The translations under genes and the position numbers were made by a program. From Callorhinchus milii (taxonomy: Eukaryota): DNA of 64,000 nt. Under the pieces are notes generated by a model. That model did no database searches. It saw only the letters and a program-made list of their open reading frames with translations, and was not told the DNA's origin. The stretch is taken from NCBI RefSeq assembly GCF_018977255.1, contig NW_024704742.1, forward strand, positions 50,036,001 through 50,100,000. Reading direction: 5' to 3'. This document shows, in pieces, positions 1 to 12,812 of this stretch. Each line of letters begins with the position of its first letter. Within the stretch, counting starts at the first letter, position 1.

Positions 1-870
1 TGTCAGGACAGCAGTGGTTCTGGAGTTGAGGGTGGAGGCAGAAAGATAGAGTTGGGTGTCATCCGCATACATGTGGAAGTTGACCCCATGTCCTCGGATG
101 ATGTCGCCAAGGGGAAGCATCTAGATATTAAAGAGGAGAGGGCCAAGGCAGAGCCCTGGGGGATGCCAGACGTGACAGTGTGGGGACTGGAGGAGAAACA
201 GTTAGAGGCCACAAAGTGGAGACGGTGAGAGAGATAGGAATCAAACCAGGTCCGCGGAGATTAAGTAACGAGGAGAGGAGGTGTATGAGGATGGAGTGGT
301 CGACAGTGTCGAAGGTGGCAGAGAGGTCGAGAAGAACAAGGAGGCAGAGGGAGCCCTGATCACAGATGTTCAGAATGTCATTAGTGACTTTGACCAGAGC
401 TGTTTCCATGCTGTGGGCAGTGTGGAAGCCGGAATTGGACAGGTTCAAAGAGGGAATGGTGAGAGAGAAAGGAGAGGAGCTGGGACGTGACGATTCATTC
501 CAGGACCTTGGAGAGGAATGGGAGGTTAGAGATGGGGTGGTAGCTGGAGAGTAGGGATGGGTCCAGGGAAGGTTTTTTCATGATGCGGGTGATGACGGCT
601 GTTTTCAGGGGGGTGGGAACTGAGCCGGTGGAGAAGGAGAGGCTGATGATGTCGGCCAGGAGAGGGGCCAGAAGGTGGAGCTGGGTGGTGAGGAGAGAGG
701 TGGGGATGGGATCGAGGGAGCAGGTGGTGGGTTTGAGTTTGCGAACAATCGTGGTGAGGGAGGAGGGAGAGATAGAGTCGAAGGAATATAGGGGGGGATG
801 GGTGGCGGGTGGGTCATGAGGGAGAGGTGATGTGGGAGTGGCGGTGGACAGGGCAGAGTGGCTGAACGTA
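1..870 (-). mobile_element. L2-clade LINE ORF2 (RT) fragment, frameshifted
   Basis: Peptides [40 protein letters not shown] and [11 protein letters not shown] spread across frames. Confidence 0.9.
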
Positions 871-1170
871 TCCCCTCGATTTTGATATTAATACTTTAAA
901 TGCCACCAGAGAAATGTAACATATTTTAATGGCTCCCTTACTGCCCATATGGTAAGACAGCAGCATGTTTACTTTTACGCCCGAATTTAGTGCTCCTGTA
1001 TGTCAATAGAACAAACTCTTCCTTTATTGCAGGATTATATTAGCTTTGTAAGATTATACAGCATCATTCAGGCTTTCAAATCATTGCTCACTGTATACTC
1101 TAGAAGGAAAAGTGTCAGTTGTTTATGTAATGTTTGAGAAAAGCCGATTGCAAGTAGATATTTTACTTAC

Positions 1171-1308
1171 CAGATTGTGTATGCATTATGTCAGTGGCAT
1201 TTCTTAGGCCAATAAATGCAAACTGGTAAAGTCTCCAATATCTCTGGTCGGCAACTTCAACAGATTTACGCTTCCAGCGATACACAATTTCATTGTTGGG
1301 GTAACCAT
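1171..1308 (-). CDS. gabrg1: gabrg1 exon 6 (138 nt; [47 protein letters not shown]); gene continues beyond the left edge
   Basis: tttttgcag acceptor, G|GTAAGT donor; [12 protein letters not shown] motif. Confidence 0.96.
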
Positions 1309-2861
1309 CTGCAAAAAGACATTGATAGAAAGGGTTAAAGGAATCCTCCATAAAATCTGGACTGATAGCTACTGCCAACCTAAACAAAACACAATTACTG
1401 TGTCATCAGAATATCTTGAAACGTAGGTGGCAGTCAAGTTTGGAGAGTGTTGTAGGGGCCTCAACGATGTGGTGTGTTCTGTTCTCAACGTTACCAACAA
1501 ACAGATGACTTCCCTCAGTGCTGCACACAAGGGACATGGATGCTGAAGCCAACAGTGCATTTCTCATGATATAGTTCTGTCATGCCACAGACAATGCTGC
1601 TCCACTCATGCATATTGAGCCCTCCATTCTGGCGTCAACCCTAACTCGAAAAGACTTAACTCCATACCTTAATTACAAATCCACGAGCAGCTCAGGAAAG
1701 AAGCAGTTTAAAATCCTGTTGAAATTCTTTCTCACAGAAAAAAATCAGAAGGACAAGGAATGGTTTGTTATTAATTCCAGTGATCAAAATAAGGTCTGGG
1801 TTTGAAAAAGGTTCAGCTGGGACTTCATGCCTCGGTGAGCTTAAAGTGAGATCATCCAGGAAGAGAAACCTGACAGCTGCTAAGAGTCCTACGTGAGAGG
1901 AGTTTGGGCATTCTCGATGCAAATTCCAGTGATCACGTGTACTCAGAGTGAAACAAGAGTGTCCTCAAATGTGGAATAAATTCAGCATTCTCTGTGAGAG
2001 ATATTAGGGAGTGAGTATATTATGCAAAAGTAATGCAAGAGGCATTTGTTTGAGACTATGAGACTATGGTTGAGCTTTAGTGTTTGGAGAAGAATAAAAA
2101 GTTATCATCAAATCTGAACTTTAGTATACTGTATCTGCTTAGTGGATCTTGTTATCCACTGTAAGGCATTGCAAACCCTGTGTTCTCAGATAAAAATGCT
2201 CCAGTACTTCATTTGAATTCACACATTTTAGACTTATTCACAGCAGGGATCTTATTTATTTTATTACAGCTATTCCCTCATTCAAAAGTACTATCCATCA
2301 AATGAGATATTAAACCGAGGTTCTGTCTACCTGTTCAGGTGAACTTTAAGGATCCCATAGCACTCTACGAAAAGAGAATTCCTCCAGGTATTCTTACCAT
2401 TCCCCCAGATAAACAAAATTGGTCATTAGCTGTGCAGTGTTCTGAGACACTATGCTATATGTGCAAATTGGCTGCTGTGTTCACCTACAAATATAAGCCA
2501 ATACACTTTACAGAAAGAAACTCTAAAATACTTTGAAACATTTCTACATGATAAGTTGCTATATCAGATGCAAGCATTATTATTACTATAAATTGTGTGA
2601 TACTAGCCAGTGCTTCCTAAACTGCACAGTTACAATTACTAACAGTTTTAGACTATGGAAACCATGGGAACACAATGCCATCAAGCCTGTCGTGCGTGAT
2701 CTTCTAGTTTATTAATCCTAATAGGTTGGTTTAAGCCATTTTTTACTTTGAGAACTTGCATTCTAATTCTCCTTTATTATAGTGCAGTATTCTCTATACA
2801 AACAACTTCAAAGGGTTTTAGCATTCCTAGCAAACAGCTGTATAATATATGTAGAACTTAC

Positions 2862-2944
2862 AGCTTGAGAATTCCAGGGGACAGGAATGTTCATCCATAG
2901 GAAAGTCATGGAGATGAAGATAGCATTCAGCATTGATGGTCAAC
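2862..2944 (-). CDS. gabrg1: gabrg1 exon 5 (83 nt; Cys-loop [27 protein letters not shown])
   Basis: C-x13-C Cys-loop signature; gattag acceptor, T|GTAAGT donor. Confidence 0.97.
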
Positions 2945-3976
2945 CTAATCAAAGTAGACAAGTCGGAAGAAAAACGTTTTAATTCTATGAATCAGGATTA
3001 ATGATAAAGACTTTAAATTAACATTGATACATTGTTTATGTTGATAAACTAACTGGGTAGATGCTGTAGTTCAGTTCAGCAGGTATTCAATAATGGATCC
3101 TCAGTTTTGTAGTCTGGACATTTCTGAACGGCATTTTAGTATAACCATCTTTTCAGAATTGCAGTGGCTATAACATCATCAATCAAACACATTTTTTGGT
3201 TCTATCAGAGTTAAACATATTAAATTTATATACTTTGACCCCTTCATCCCATCCAAGCTTGGTTTTTCCAATGTTCTACTTACCGGACTATCCAGCTCCT
3301 CCCTGAACAAGCTGCAGAACATCCAGAACTGAGCATTGTACATCCCCCCGACCCACCGCCCCCCACCAAACATCCCCCCAATGAAAGTGAAACATGCTGC
3401 ATAAAATGAAACTGAATAGCCTTTTCTCAACAACAAAACCTCTACCCTTCATGGATTTCCCTCACTTATTGCCCCCTGCATGGAAATTCCACACAAATGT
3501 TCCCCAACTCCTAAATCCAAGAAATGAAAAGATCCAATTATATTTCCAATAATATCATTTTATTGCTAGAATTTGTATTCCATCACACAGAGAGAGGGAT
3601 ATAGGAGATGTGAATTGGAGGGCAGTGGATTCATGTGAAGTTGGCGCAGCCTAAGTGAGTCGAAGGCCTGTCGTAATTCCATGTAACCTCTAATGCTCTT
3701 TGTCCACAGTACTGCACACTTTTCAGCAGTCATGGATGCCAGTTAGACCAACTTTGGTTCCTGGTTTGAGCTGTCCCAAGGCAATTGTAACCAGCACTCA
3801 AACCATTTATGATATGGATTTCTGCTCTAACAATCCCAGGGTCTATTTCCACATAAGAAGAATGGTTACTTGAGTGATATACTGGAGGACTGTAAGTACT
3901 GTGGAATTGGCGCACAAATTTCAGTTCAGTGTATGTTCATGGGCTAGACCTGCTTCATCAGGCACTTGACATTATT

Positions 3977-4170
3977 GGGAAGAAGTCTCACCCGGGTCTA
4001 GATTTATTCTATTTTTGCAGACTGTTTGGTAATATCTTAAATACGGCATTAATTTTGAAGTCTGTTTCTGGTAAGTTGTTTAACAATGGCAGAACCAGCA
4101 TCAAAGCTTAGACGGAATTAACAACAACATAAACATCAAGTAAATCTAAACCCAGATGGAATTTCTCCCC
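3977..4170. mobile_element. ~190-bp MITE family with ~32-bp TIRs (GGGGAGAAATTYCACCTGGGTYTAGATTTAYTC); copies also at 13908-14126, 27803-27990, 60181-60358
   Basis: Imperfect terminal inverted repeats in four dispersed copies. Confidence 0.7.
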
Positions 4171-4477
4171 ATATGTGCATCTACAATTCCCTGAATACAT
4201 ATATTTCTGATTGCTTTTGCAGGGAATTGTGTTGGGAATTGGGGAAGGGCTCAGAGGAGAGTCAGCATGTCAACAATCATGGCACATACATAGTGCTGCT
4301 ACTAATATGGAGTATAATGATGTGTCTGTTAATCTAGAAGTGCAGATTGTTCAGAAGTTGAGACTGAGAGGAAGGCTGGAAATTGCACCACAAGTATGTA
4401 GTGGCAAGTTGCATCCTGTTTATTACTGTGAAGATACTGATGGCTGGCTACTTTTGCTGCTCAACTGGAAGCCTAAA

Positions 4478-6570
4478 CAACAACAAAATTACATTTGTAT
4501 AGCACCTTTCACATCAGGAGGATGTCCCAAGGTGCTGGACAATCAATGTTTCAGACCCGAGCTGGGGGTCGGGATTGGGGAGGGTGGAGGTTAGTGGGGG
4601 GAAAGAGGGTGACTGAAGACACGGTTGAAGAGGAGAGTCTTGAGGCAGGTGTTGAAGGAGGCAAGGGAGGGAGTGAGGCTGAGGGACTGTGGGATGGAGT
4701 TCCAGAGGGTAGGGGCAGAATGTCTGAAGGCCCGCCCACCAATGGCGAGGCAGGCGAGGCGGGGGACGTGAAGCAGGTCGGATCCAACTGAGCAGAGGGT
4801 GCAGTCAGATTGGGAGGAGTTTAGGAGGTCGTAGAGGTAGGGGGGAGCAAGGCTGTGGATGGCTTGAAAATGAGGACCAGGATCTTGCCCTGTATCCTCT
4901 GTGTGATGGGAAGCCAGTGGAGTTGGGCGTGGATGGGGGTGATAGGGTCACGGAGCCTAGTGCGAGCTAGGACACAGGCTGTAGAGTTCTGAATAATCTG
5001 CAGCCTATGAAGGGAGGAGTTGGGGAGGCCAACAAGCAGGGAGTTTGTGTAGTCAAACCTGGATGCTATGAATGCGTGTATGATGGTCTTGGCAGCCTGC
5101 GGTGCGAGAAGTGGCGGAACCGGGTGATGTTATGGAGGTGGAGAAATGTGCAGCGGATCATGGCACAGATGTGGGATATAAAGGACAGTTGAGGGTCGAA
5201 TAGGATGCTGAGGTTCCATATTGGCTCTGTGAGATGTAGAGTGCATTCACTGAGGGAAATGCTGTCAGTGCCCGAGGTATGGAGGCGCTGACGAGAGCCA
5301 AGCAGGAGGGCCTTGGTCTTGCTCCGCAACGTAGCCCAGCTCCGCCACTGTCTCACACCGCAGGCCGCCAAGATCCTCACACATGCTTTCATTACATTCA
5401 GGCTCAACTATGCAAAATCATTGTTTGTCGGCCTCCCCAACTCCTCTCTCCACAGACTGCTGATCATCCAGAACTCTGCAGCCCATGTCCTCTCCTGCAT
5501 TAGGCTCCGAGACCGTATCACCCCGATCCTTGCCCAACTCTACTGGCTTCCCATCACACAGAGGATACAGTTCAAGATCCTGGTCCTCACCTTCAAAGCC
5601 CTCCACGGTCTTGCTCCCCCCTACCTTTCCAACTTCCTAACCTCCTACGATCCTGTTCGCTCCATCTCCTCAGCGGGCTCTGGCCTGCTTCATGTCCCCA
5701 GACTTGCTCGCCCCACTATTGGCAGGCGGGCCTTCCACCACTCTGCACCCACCCTATGGAACTTCATCCCGCAGTCCCTCTCTCTCGCCCCCTCCCTTGT
5801 CACCTCCAAGACTCATCTCAAGACCCTCCTCTTCAACCGTGCTTCCAATCTCCCTGCTTCCCCCACTGCCCTCCACCCTGCCCCACCCCTACTCCCAGCT
5901 CAGGTCCGTAACTCTGTCTGTCCAGCGCCTTGGGACGTTCTACCAACGTGAAAGGTGTTTTACAAATGTAATTTTGTTGTTGTTGTTGTTGCTGACATTC
6001 AATTGCAGGAAGTTAGATCTCATCTTGGACTGATGTCCGACAGGCAGTCTGTGAAGACAACAGTGGCCTGGAATCGAGGGTGGAGGCAGAGGTAGAGTTG
6101 TGTTTGATCCACATACATGTGGAAGTTGACCCTTTGTCTACAGATGATGCCGCCAATGGGGAGCATATAAAAAGAGAGGGCCAAGGACAGAGCCCTGAGG
6201 GACGTCACACATGATGGTGCAGGGGCTGGAGGAAAAGTTTTTAGTGGTTCCAAAGTGGAGACGGTGAGAGAGGTAGGATTCGAACCAGGCAAAAGCAAGT
6301 CCGCGAAGATTGAGCTGAGAGGAGAGGCCATGTAGGAGGATAGAACAGTTGACAGTGTCGAAGGCAGCAGAGAGGTCGAGGAGGACAAGGAAGCAGAGGG
6401 AGCCCTGGGCGCAGATGTTCAAAATGTTGTTAGTAACTTTGACCAGGGCTGTTTCCATGTTGTAGGCAGCACAGAAACCCGATTGGAGGGGTTCAGTGAG
6501 GGAATGGCGGGAGAGGAAAGAGCGAAGCTGAGACGTGATGTCTCGTTCCAGGGCTGGAATGATGCAATAT
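4478..6570 (-). mobile_element. L2 LINE (RT to 3' (TTG)n tail), interrupted at 5324-5990 by a second L2
   Basis: RT motifs at 6020-6500. The NFLQLNVS|KTKALLLG motif is split across the insertion; reverse-complement tail at ~4478-4540. Confidence 0.9.
5324..5990 (+). mobile_element. 5'-truncated L2 LINE with open ORF2 C-terminus and (TTG)n tail, nested in the opposite-strand L2
   Basis: ORF 5313-5951 (HAFITFRLNY...LYWLPITQRIQFKILVLTFKALHGLAPPYL); putative TSD TTGCT at 5319-5323 and 5989-5993. Confidence 0.9.
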
Positions 6571-6884
6571 CTTCTCTGGAGGCAACAACACAACTGCTTT
6601 TACATTCCAGCAGTGTTCGGGCTGTAAGCAGTTGCCATAGTGTGAAGGAAAAGGATATAAAACTAAGCCAGTGTCTGGTCATCCATAGTGAGTGAAATAA
6701 TTTTAAAAGGCTCCTATAATTCCACTTGCACATTTGTAGTAGTTATATATAGCAATGCATAGAAGGCAAAAAATTTCACCGGGTATGGCTTGTTTGATCA
6801 TATTATCTTAAAATTTAAGATGGTGCAGGACTGGGGAAAATTGATAAACTCAGAACTCTTGATTTGGAAATCTTTGTTTTTGAC

Positions 6885-6964
6885 AAGTTTGGAAAACCAG
6901 CATTGAAATGAAGACTAAATTCAAATGAAGTTTGGAAAACCAGCATTCAAATGAAGACTAAATT
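6885..6964. repeat. Direct duplication (37-bp unit, period 43)
   Basis: AAGTTTGGAAAACCAGCATTSAAATGAAGACTAAATT at 6885 and 6928. Confidence 0.9.
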
Positions 6965-7409
6965 TAATAGTTTTCCACAGTTTGCATCATCTGAACTTTT
7001 AAGGTAAATTAGTTTCACAGGCTAAGACTGAGTGGAACTCTGAGCTGAATATACTGAACCAAAGTATTCTTGTTACATTCTATTTATTTTGGGAACAACT
7101 TTGATATGTGCACTTGCGAAAATGTCATTCACATTTATTCCCCAGTCAATAATATTTAAGAGAAGATGCCAATGCTGGAATTTAACCATGAGTACTTTCA
7201 ACAATGCTTAGACAAAGGTTATACTGTGTATCTGGGTACCTGGCCGTTCATAAGCAAAATGGCGCATAAAACATTCTTTAAAAACACTGAGCAGTAATGT
7301 CAGTACAGTATATTGTGGTCAATTTTATCTGGAAGGAAATAGAAAATGCAATGTTCCCAGCTAATGCGATTGATCTTCAGCAAGTGAGTGCTTCAGTGAG
7401 CTGTATTAC

Positions 7410-7630
7410 CTTAGTGTATAGAGCACTTTTCCATTATTCCAGATTCGTAGCAATCGATTGGGAGTTGTTATCCAGTGAGCATCTGATTTTCTAGAGTTTC
7501 GAAAAAATGTGTCTGGGATCCAGATTTTGCCGACCATATTGCTATTTAACATGAGAACTTTCATGCTACTGTTAAACTGCAGTCGGCTGTCAGACCACGA
7601 TTGCGCAAAAAATATGTCGATGGTATATTC
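7410..7630 (-). CDS. gabrg1: gabrg1 exon 4 (221 nt; [74 protein letters not shown])
   Basis: Manual translation (absent from the ORF track). tttttttcag acceptor, AG|GTAATA donor; gamma1-diagnostic [13 protein letters not shown] and NSRKSDAH. Confidence 0.97.
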
Positions 7631-8311
7631 CTGAAAAAAATTATAAATGTAATTTTAGATTTTGATATGTACTGACTGTGTTTGACATCTTACTGTATTA
7701 AGCTGATCAATGCATTTGGTTCAGCATTTTGGGAAGTCTTCCTGACGTGAAAGGCTCTATATGTAATTTGTTTTAATTTGTTGTTGGTCAAAGTATTGCA
7801 TTTGAACGCCATCTCTACTGGAGTCCCTCCTACTCGCTCACTCCCTCCCCAACCATTTCGCTTCCAACCCCAGGTTGGGTGTTCATCCAGCACTGTCAAA
7901 CCATTTGAATGCCTTCCCAATGCGAATGGAGCTATATCAATGTAAATTGTATTAAAACATTATGTCATGGCAGCTACTCCTGGCAGCTTGATAACTTTAA
8001 CATACCTCCAGACCATTTATAAACACTGCTTTCTGTGTAAATTGCCCTCAGCTTTCAAACAAACTCAAGATTGAGAAAAAAGGGCTTGTATTTTATGTAG
8101 AACTTTATTTTGTTGGAACATCTTAAAGTGCTTCAAAGGAATAATTGTCAAGTGAAGTGACTGTTTTTGTAAGGAGTTGCGGCTGCTGATCTATACATAC
8201 CAACTTCCCACCAACAGCAATGAGGTGAATGATCACTTAATCTAAAGGTTTGTGGCCTGGGACATTGGGAGAAATTCCCTTTTCTTTTCCAATAAAGAAC
8301 TTCCATTCTGT

Positions 8312-8670
8312 GGAGTCCTGTAGTTCAGTGGTTAGAGCACTCATCCTGCAAGCGTAAGACCTAGTTTTGATTCCTGGCATGGAATAATGTTGGGCAAGTT
8401 TCCTTACTCCACATGCCTCTGTTTACCCAGCAGTAATTAGGAACCCGGTAGTCGATTGGCAGATCGCTATTATGGGGGCAATAATTACTTTTAAAAAATA
8501 AATTGGTCATTCAATCCACGTCTGTTTGTGGGACACTGTGATGCGCAATTGGTCACCGCATTTCGCCCACAAAATATACAGTAAATTCACATTACAGTAT
8601 ATTCTGTGAAGTGCTTTAAGGCGTCTCAAAGATGTGATAAGGCGCTGTGTCAAATGCAAGGATTATTATC
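8312..8670 (+). mobile_element. tRNA-headed SINE (family A) with Deu-like body and L2-type tail
   Basis: A box TAGTTCAGTGGTTAG, degenerate B box, GTGGGACACTG..GCAATTGG core, AAATGCAAGGATTATTAT tail. Confidence 0.88.
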
Positions 8671-11600
8671 AGTAAGTAGTAGTATCATGGACAATGGTCA
8701 AATTGACAACTATGGGGAGTGAGGATGATGATGCTGGTTTGTAAATTTACTGGGTATATGCTCACCTGAAGTTAAATTTAGCGTTCAATGGAGAATCAGA
8801 CCACACTGAAATATAAATATGTTATTTCACACTCCCCAAAATTTGTTTTTCTTTCGACACCAAGTGAATTGCTACCACAAACTTTCTGTCTCTGGGTTTT
8901 GTTTGACAAGGCAATTTTGTGACTGCAAATAAAAACCATGTTAGAAAATAATTCTTCTGTTTCACACACATCTTGGAATGGAATGGGAATAATGGAACAA
9001 AGACAAACATTAATCATTTTCCATGTAAACTACTCATTTTAAGTTTGTAGGTTATACATTGTCACCTGCTCAGTTTAATCCGGACACTCGGATGTTTAAC
9101 TGGAGTGACTGCTTAAGCAATTTGTGACCTGACATCTCTACCATGTTTTCTTTTTGATACGGAGGCATTATTAATTCAAGATTTAATCATTAATAAAATA
9201 ATCTTTAGAATTCATGCAACAAACCTATATCATTTAGATTTGGTAAAAGGTGGCAATAATAAAATGAGTACATATTTCATTCTTTTTGTTAGAAAACCGT
9301 AATATTCATAAGAGGAGCCACAAATAGTGAATGCCAAAATCCCAAAGGTATCACACTGACCCAGGGAAAATGTAATCTTTTATCCGAGATCCCTTCCAGC
9401 CAGAGGCCTGATTTATTTCGGGTGCTTTCTCAATACAGATAATGTTTTTTGCCCCCATTCTATCTTGTGGTTAATACGAATATGCTTTATTTCAGCTGAT
9501 TTCAAGGACTAGAAGCACAATGGAATTGTAAATGTATTCGTATAAAACACTTGTAAGGCTAAACAAACAAGTAAACCAGGAATTCCTAACATATCTCCTG
9601 TTAATCAATTTTCCGTGACCTGATTCAGAGTGGAAATATGTCTCAGAGAGATTCAGTCTCCTTCTGTTTCCGTTTCTCACTTCCTCCGTTTTAATTATGT
9701 TCTGGAATTTGACCCTCCACCAACTGCTGGAGACACCAGACGGCCACAGCAGTGAGTTTTATGTAAAATATTAATTTGGCTTTACGTTAATTAGTGTGCT
9801 CCTAGACTCATTCAGGGGCCACAAATCCAGCTCTCAATGGGTGGTAGGTTGAAAATCTCTGATCTATAAATGTTTAAAACATTTAACCAAATGAAACAGG
9901 ACACGGATGGCTGGAGCACAATCTGTTTAAACGCTTGTGTCTTTCACAGCCAGGGAGAAAGTCAAAACCCACTGATGCCCATCGGTTTTCAGTGGTTGAA
10001 ATGTAGCAATGTTTTCTGCAATTATTTCTGACATCTTATTTACTTTGCACTTGTCTGCAACTAATCTTTAAATCATCACAAAGCAATTGTGTGTTCCATA
10101 AACAGCAACAGTGCACCGAACATCGTGCTAAGATTGGGTCTTCTATTTTACTATACACACCAGATCTGGATTTCCATAGGATCATACTATAAAGAGGACT
10201 AGGAGACATGTACGTGCACTGAATGTAGTGCAGGAATCTCTCTCAGCATCTACTGCTAGTATTAGCAGTGGAAACCTGCTGGATGAAAACAAGCTTAATA
10301 TTAATAATTAATAATAATAGGCCTTGAACTTGACATAGCATGTTTCACGGGGTNGGGGGGGTTGTCTCAAGGTGCTTCACAGTAACCAATACATTACACT
10401 GCACTGTAATGTGCAGTGACCGTGTATTTCTGTAGGCGAACACAGCAATCAATTTGTGGACAGCAATAAAAAACAGTCTTCTTTATAGTGTAAATAATAA
10501 AGAAGATACTGCCAAATAATATATATTTTGTCTGTATTGCATTGTGTATAATACAGATTTGACTTTTACAGGAAAATTACTTCCTAAAAAATATGGATTA
10601 AATTCAGGAAATGGGGAATTCAACATAGAGTGGGCCTGTTGGAAGTAACTGGTCCATGCTAGGTCTTTGCTCCCTGATTCCTGTTGTGTGAGGAGCAAAG
10701 CACCTTCTAGCTATGGACAGCTCGAGCGAGAGCTATTTGGTTGAATAAAAGGACCTGATATACTATCAGTGGAAGTAGGAGCTGAGGAGGCTGGAGCTGG
10801 ATTGGCTGGAGTGAGAGAGGGGGCCGGGGGCCATTCTTACAAGGCAATGTACATAGGAATTCAGAATTCAATATAAACAACATATAGTCAGCAGAAAAAC
10901 TAATAAATGCACGTCACAAATGTCAGGTACACCAAAGTCAGTTGTTCATTGACAAAAAAAAATCAGTCGACTCGAAAGAATTCTGACAGCCAGAATTGCT
11001 TTCACCAATACAGCTTCAATTGCCAATTGGATGGAGAATCCAAACACTTTCAAACCTTTTAAATCCATTATTCATCTCTGAAGAGGGCAAAGTCAACTTG
11101 GAAAATCCAAAGTTCATGATGAATGCTTTTTGGACAAAAAAAAAGCATCTGGTATTAATCCTGAGAAATAACAATTTAAATACTCTTTTTTCTATAAATG
11201 TTCCACACAAAACAGACCATATATTAGCATGTCTGCATGGAAATAGAAGAGTGAGAACGTGTGAGGTCTGCACAGACAGTGAGATAGGCACAAACAGTGA
11301 GATTCAGCCTGATACATGTTGTGCACATGATGATAGGCTGTATTTTCCAAGAATAACTCATTCAAGTACCAGGACAGCATAAATGGTTACCAGGATGCTA
11401 AAACAGATCTTAGATAAAAATAGGATAATGAGCTACATTTTGTTTCAAAAAATGCTATTTATTGGAAGTCTATTTATTGGAAACAATTTGAAAAATCCAC
11501 CAAAACGCTATTATTTAATTGGCGAGAAATTTGGATCTGCAATGAAACAATAGACATGAGATGAAGGTCTTAAAAATAAACAAAACTTATATCAACAGCA

Positions 11601-11834
11601 TAATGTGTAGGTGCATTCTATCTCAAACAGCACAAGGCTAGATTTTGTTCTTGACTGCCTCAAGTGGCCGGAAATACTGCCAATGGCAATGCCATTGCCG
11701 GACTGGTGGGTGATGGTAACAAAAGCTTTGAATTTCTCCCTATCCCCCGCCCCTCCCCTCACACAAAAAAATAAAGAACAGGGGTCAGTGGTAGGAAAGT
11801 GTTGTTAGACCTCAGAGGATGTGGTGCCAATTCA

Positions 11835-12290
11835 TAGGAGTATAGAAATAAGAGTAGGCTATTCAGCCCATTGAATCTGTTCCACCAATTTCTCAGATAT
11901 TCTCCATTCCCTATTTTCTCTCCATGCATAGCCCTTAATACTCTAATTTCCCAAGTACATGTATCTGTTTATCTCTTTGTTAAACATCTCAGCTGATTCT
12001 GCATCTACAGCCTTCTGTAACCCTGCATGGCTAGAAACATGCTAGGAAAGTTGGAATAGGAGCAGATCATTCATTGTGTTGAACCTGGTCTACCAGTTTA
12101 TTAGATCATGGTAGATTGTTTCCCCTATATCATTTAACATCCTTATTATCTAATCTAATAACCCTATCTATCTAATAACCCTTTAGGTGTGGAAATGTTT
12201 CTTCATTTCATATCTAACAGATATGCTCCAATGTTAAGATGATTTCCCCTTATTCTGAATCCGTGAACCAGAGAAGAGAGTTGTCCCCAT
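11835..12290 (-). mobile_element. Two CR1 3'-end fragments
   Basis: ATAGAAAT..GAGTAGGCTATTCAGCCC, the reverse complement of the CR1 3' terminus, occurs twice. Confidence 0.6.
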
Positions 12291-12579
12291 CCAGCTTGCA
12301 AAACTGAAGGTCAACCGGTGGATCTAACAAATAGTTCCTGATTATCACTTTCATGACAGTGGAGAACAGTCCAGAGAAGTAGGAGTTATTTCTACCTTAG
12401 CAATTGGCAAATTTTGGTTGTACAAATGTATATAATCCAGAGACCACCTATCCCCACCCCCCACCCACCCCCAGAAAAAAACTCCAATGATCAAATGGAT
12501 ATATCTGTCCCAGAGTCTCCCAGTACCATTAATAACCACAAGCAGCTATCTAGATAAACAAATGTCAAGAAAACACATT

Positions 12580-12812
12580 TTAACTTTGGAACTCCACCCC
12601 ACAGCCCTTCCCTTGCCTCCTTTATGACCCATTTCAAGACCCTCCTCTTCGATCATGCTTTTGGTCACTCTTCCCCCTATCCCTACTCTCCCCGTCCTCC
12701 AACCCTCCTGATCCTAACTACCAGCTCGGGTGTGGATCCCTGTCTGTCAGGCGCCTTGGGACGTTCTCCTGATGTAAAAGGCGCTATACAAATATAATTT
12801 CTTGTCGTTGTT
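12580..12812 (+). mobile_element. L2 3' end fragment
   Basis: Matches the L2 3' UTR/tail (gcgccttgggacgttctcctgatgtaaaaggcgctatacaaat). Confidence 0.8.

Noticed and set aside
5313..5951. 212-aa ORF as a host gene
   Set aside because: It is the C-terminus of L2 ORF2 in a 5'-truncated copy, with no real start.
10354..10354. Ambiguous N bases (10354, 58138)
   Set aside because: These are single-base assembly uncertainties next to homopolymers, not biology.
10696..10730. REST/NRSE-like sites (AGCACC-N10-GGACAGCTC here; GGACAG half-sites at ~11372 and ~51623)
   Set aside because: The left half-sites mismatch the consensus or the spacing is non-canonical, so they cannot be told from chance.
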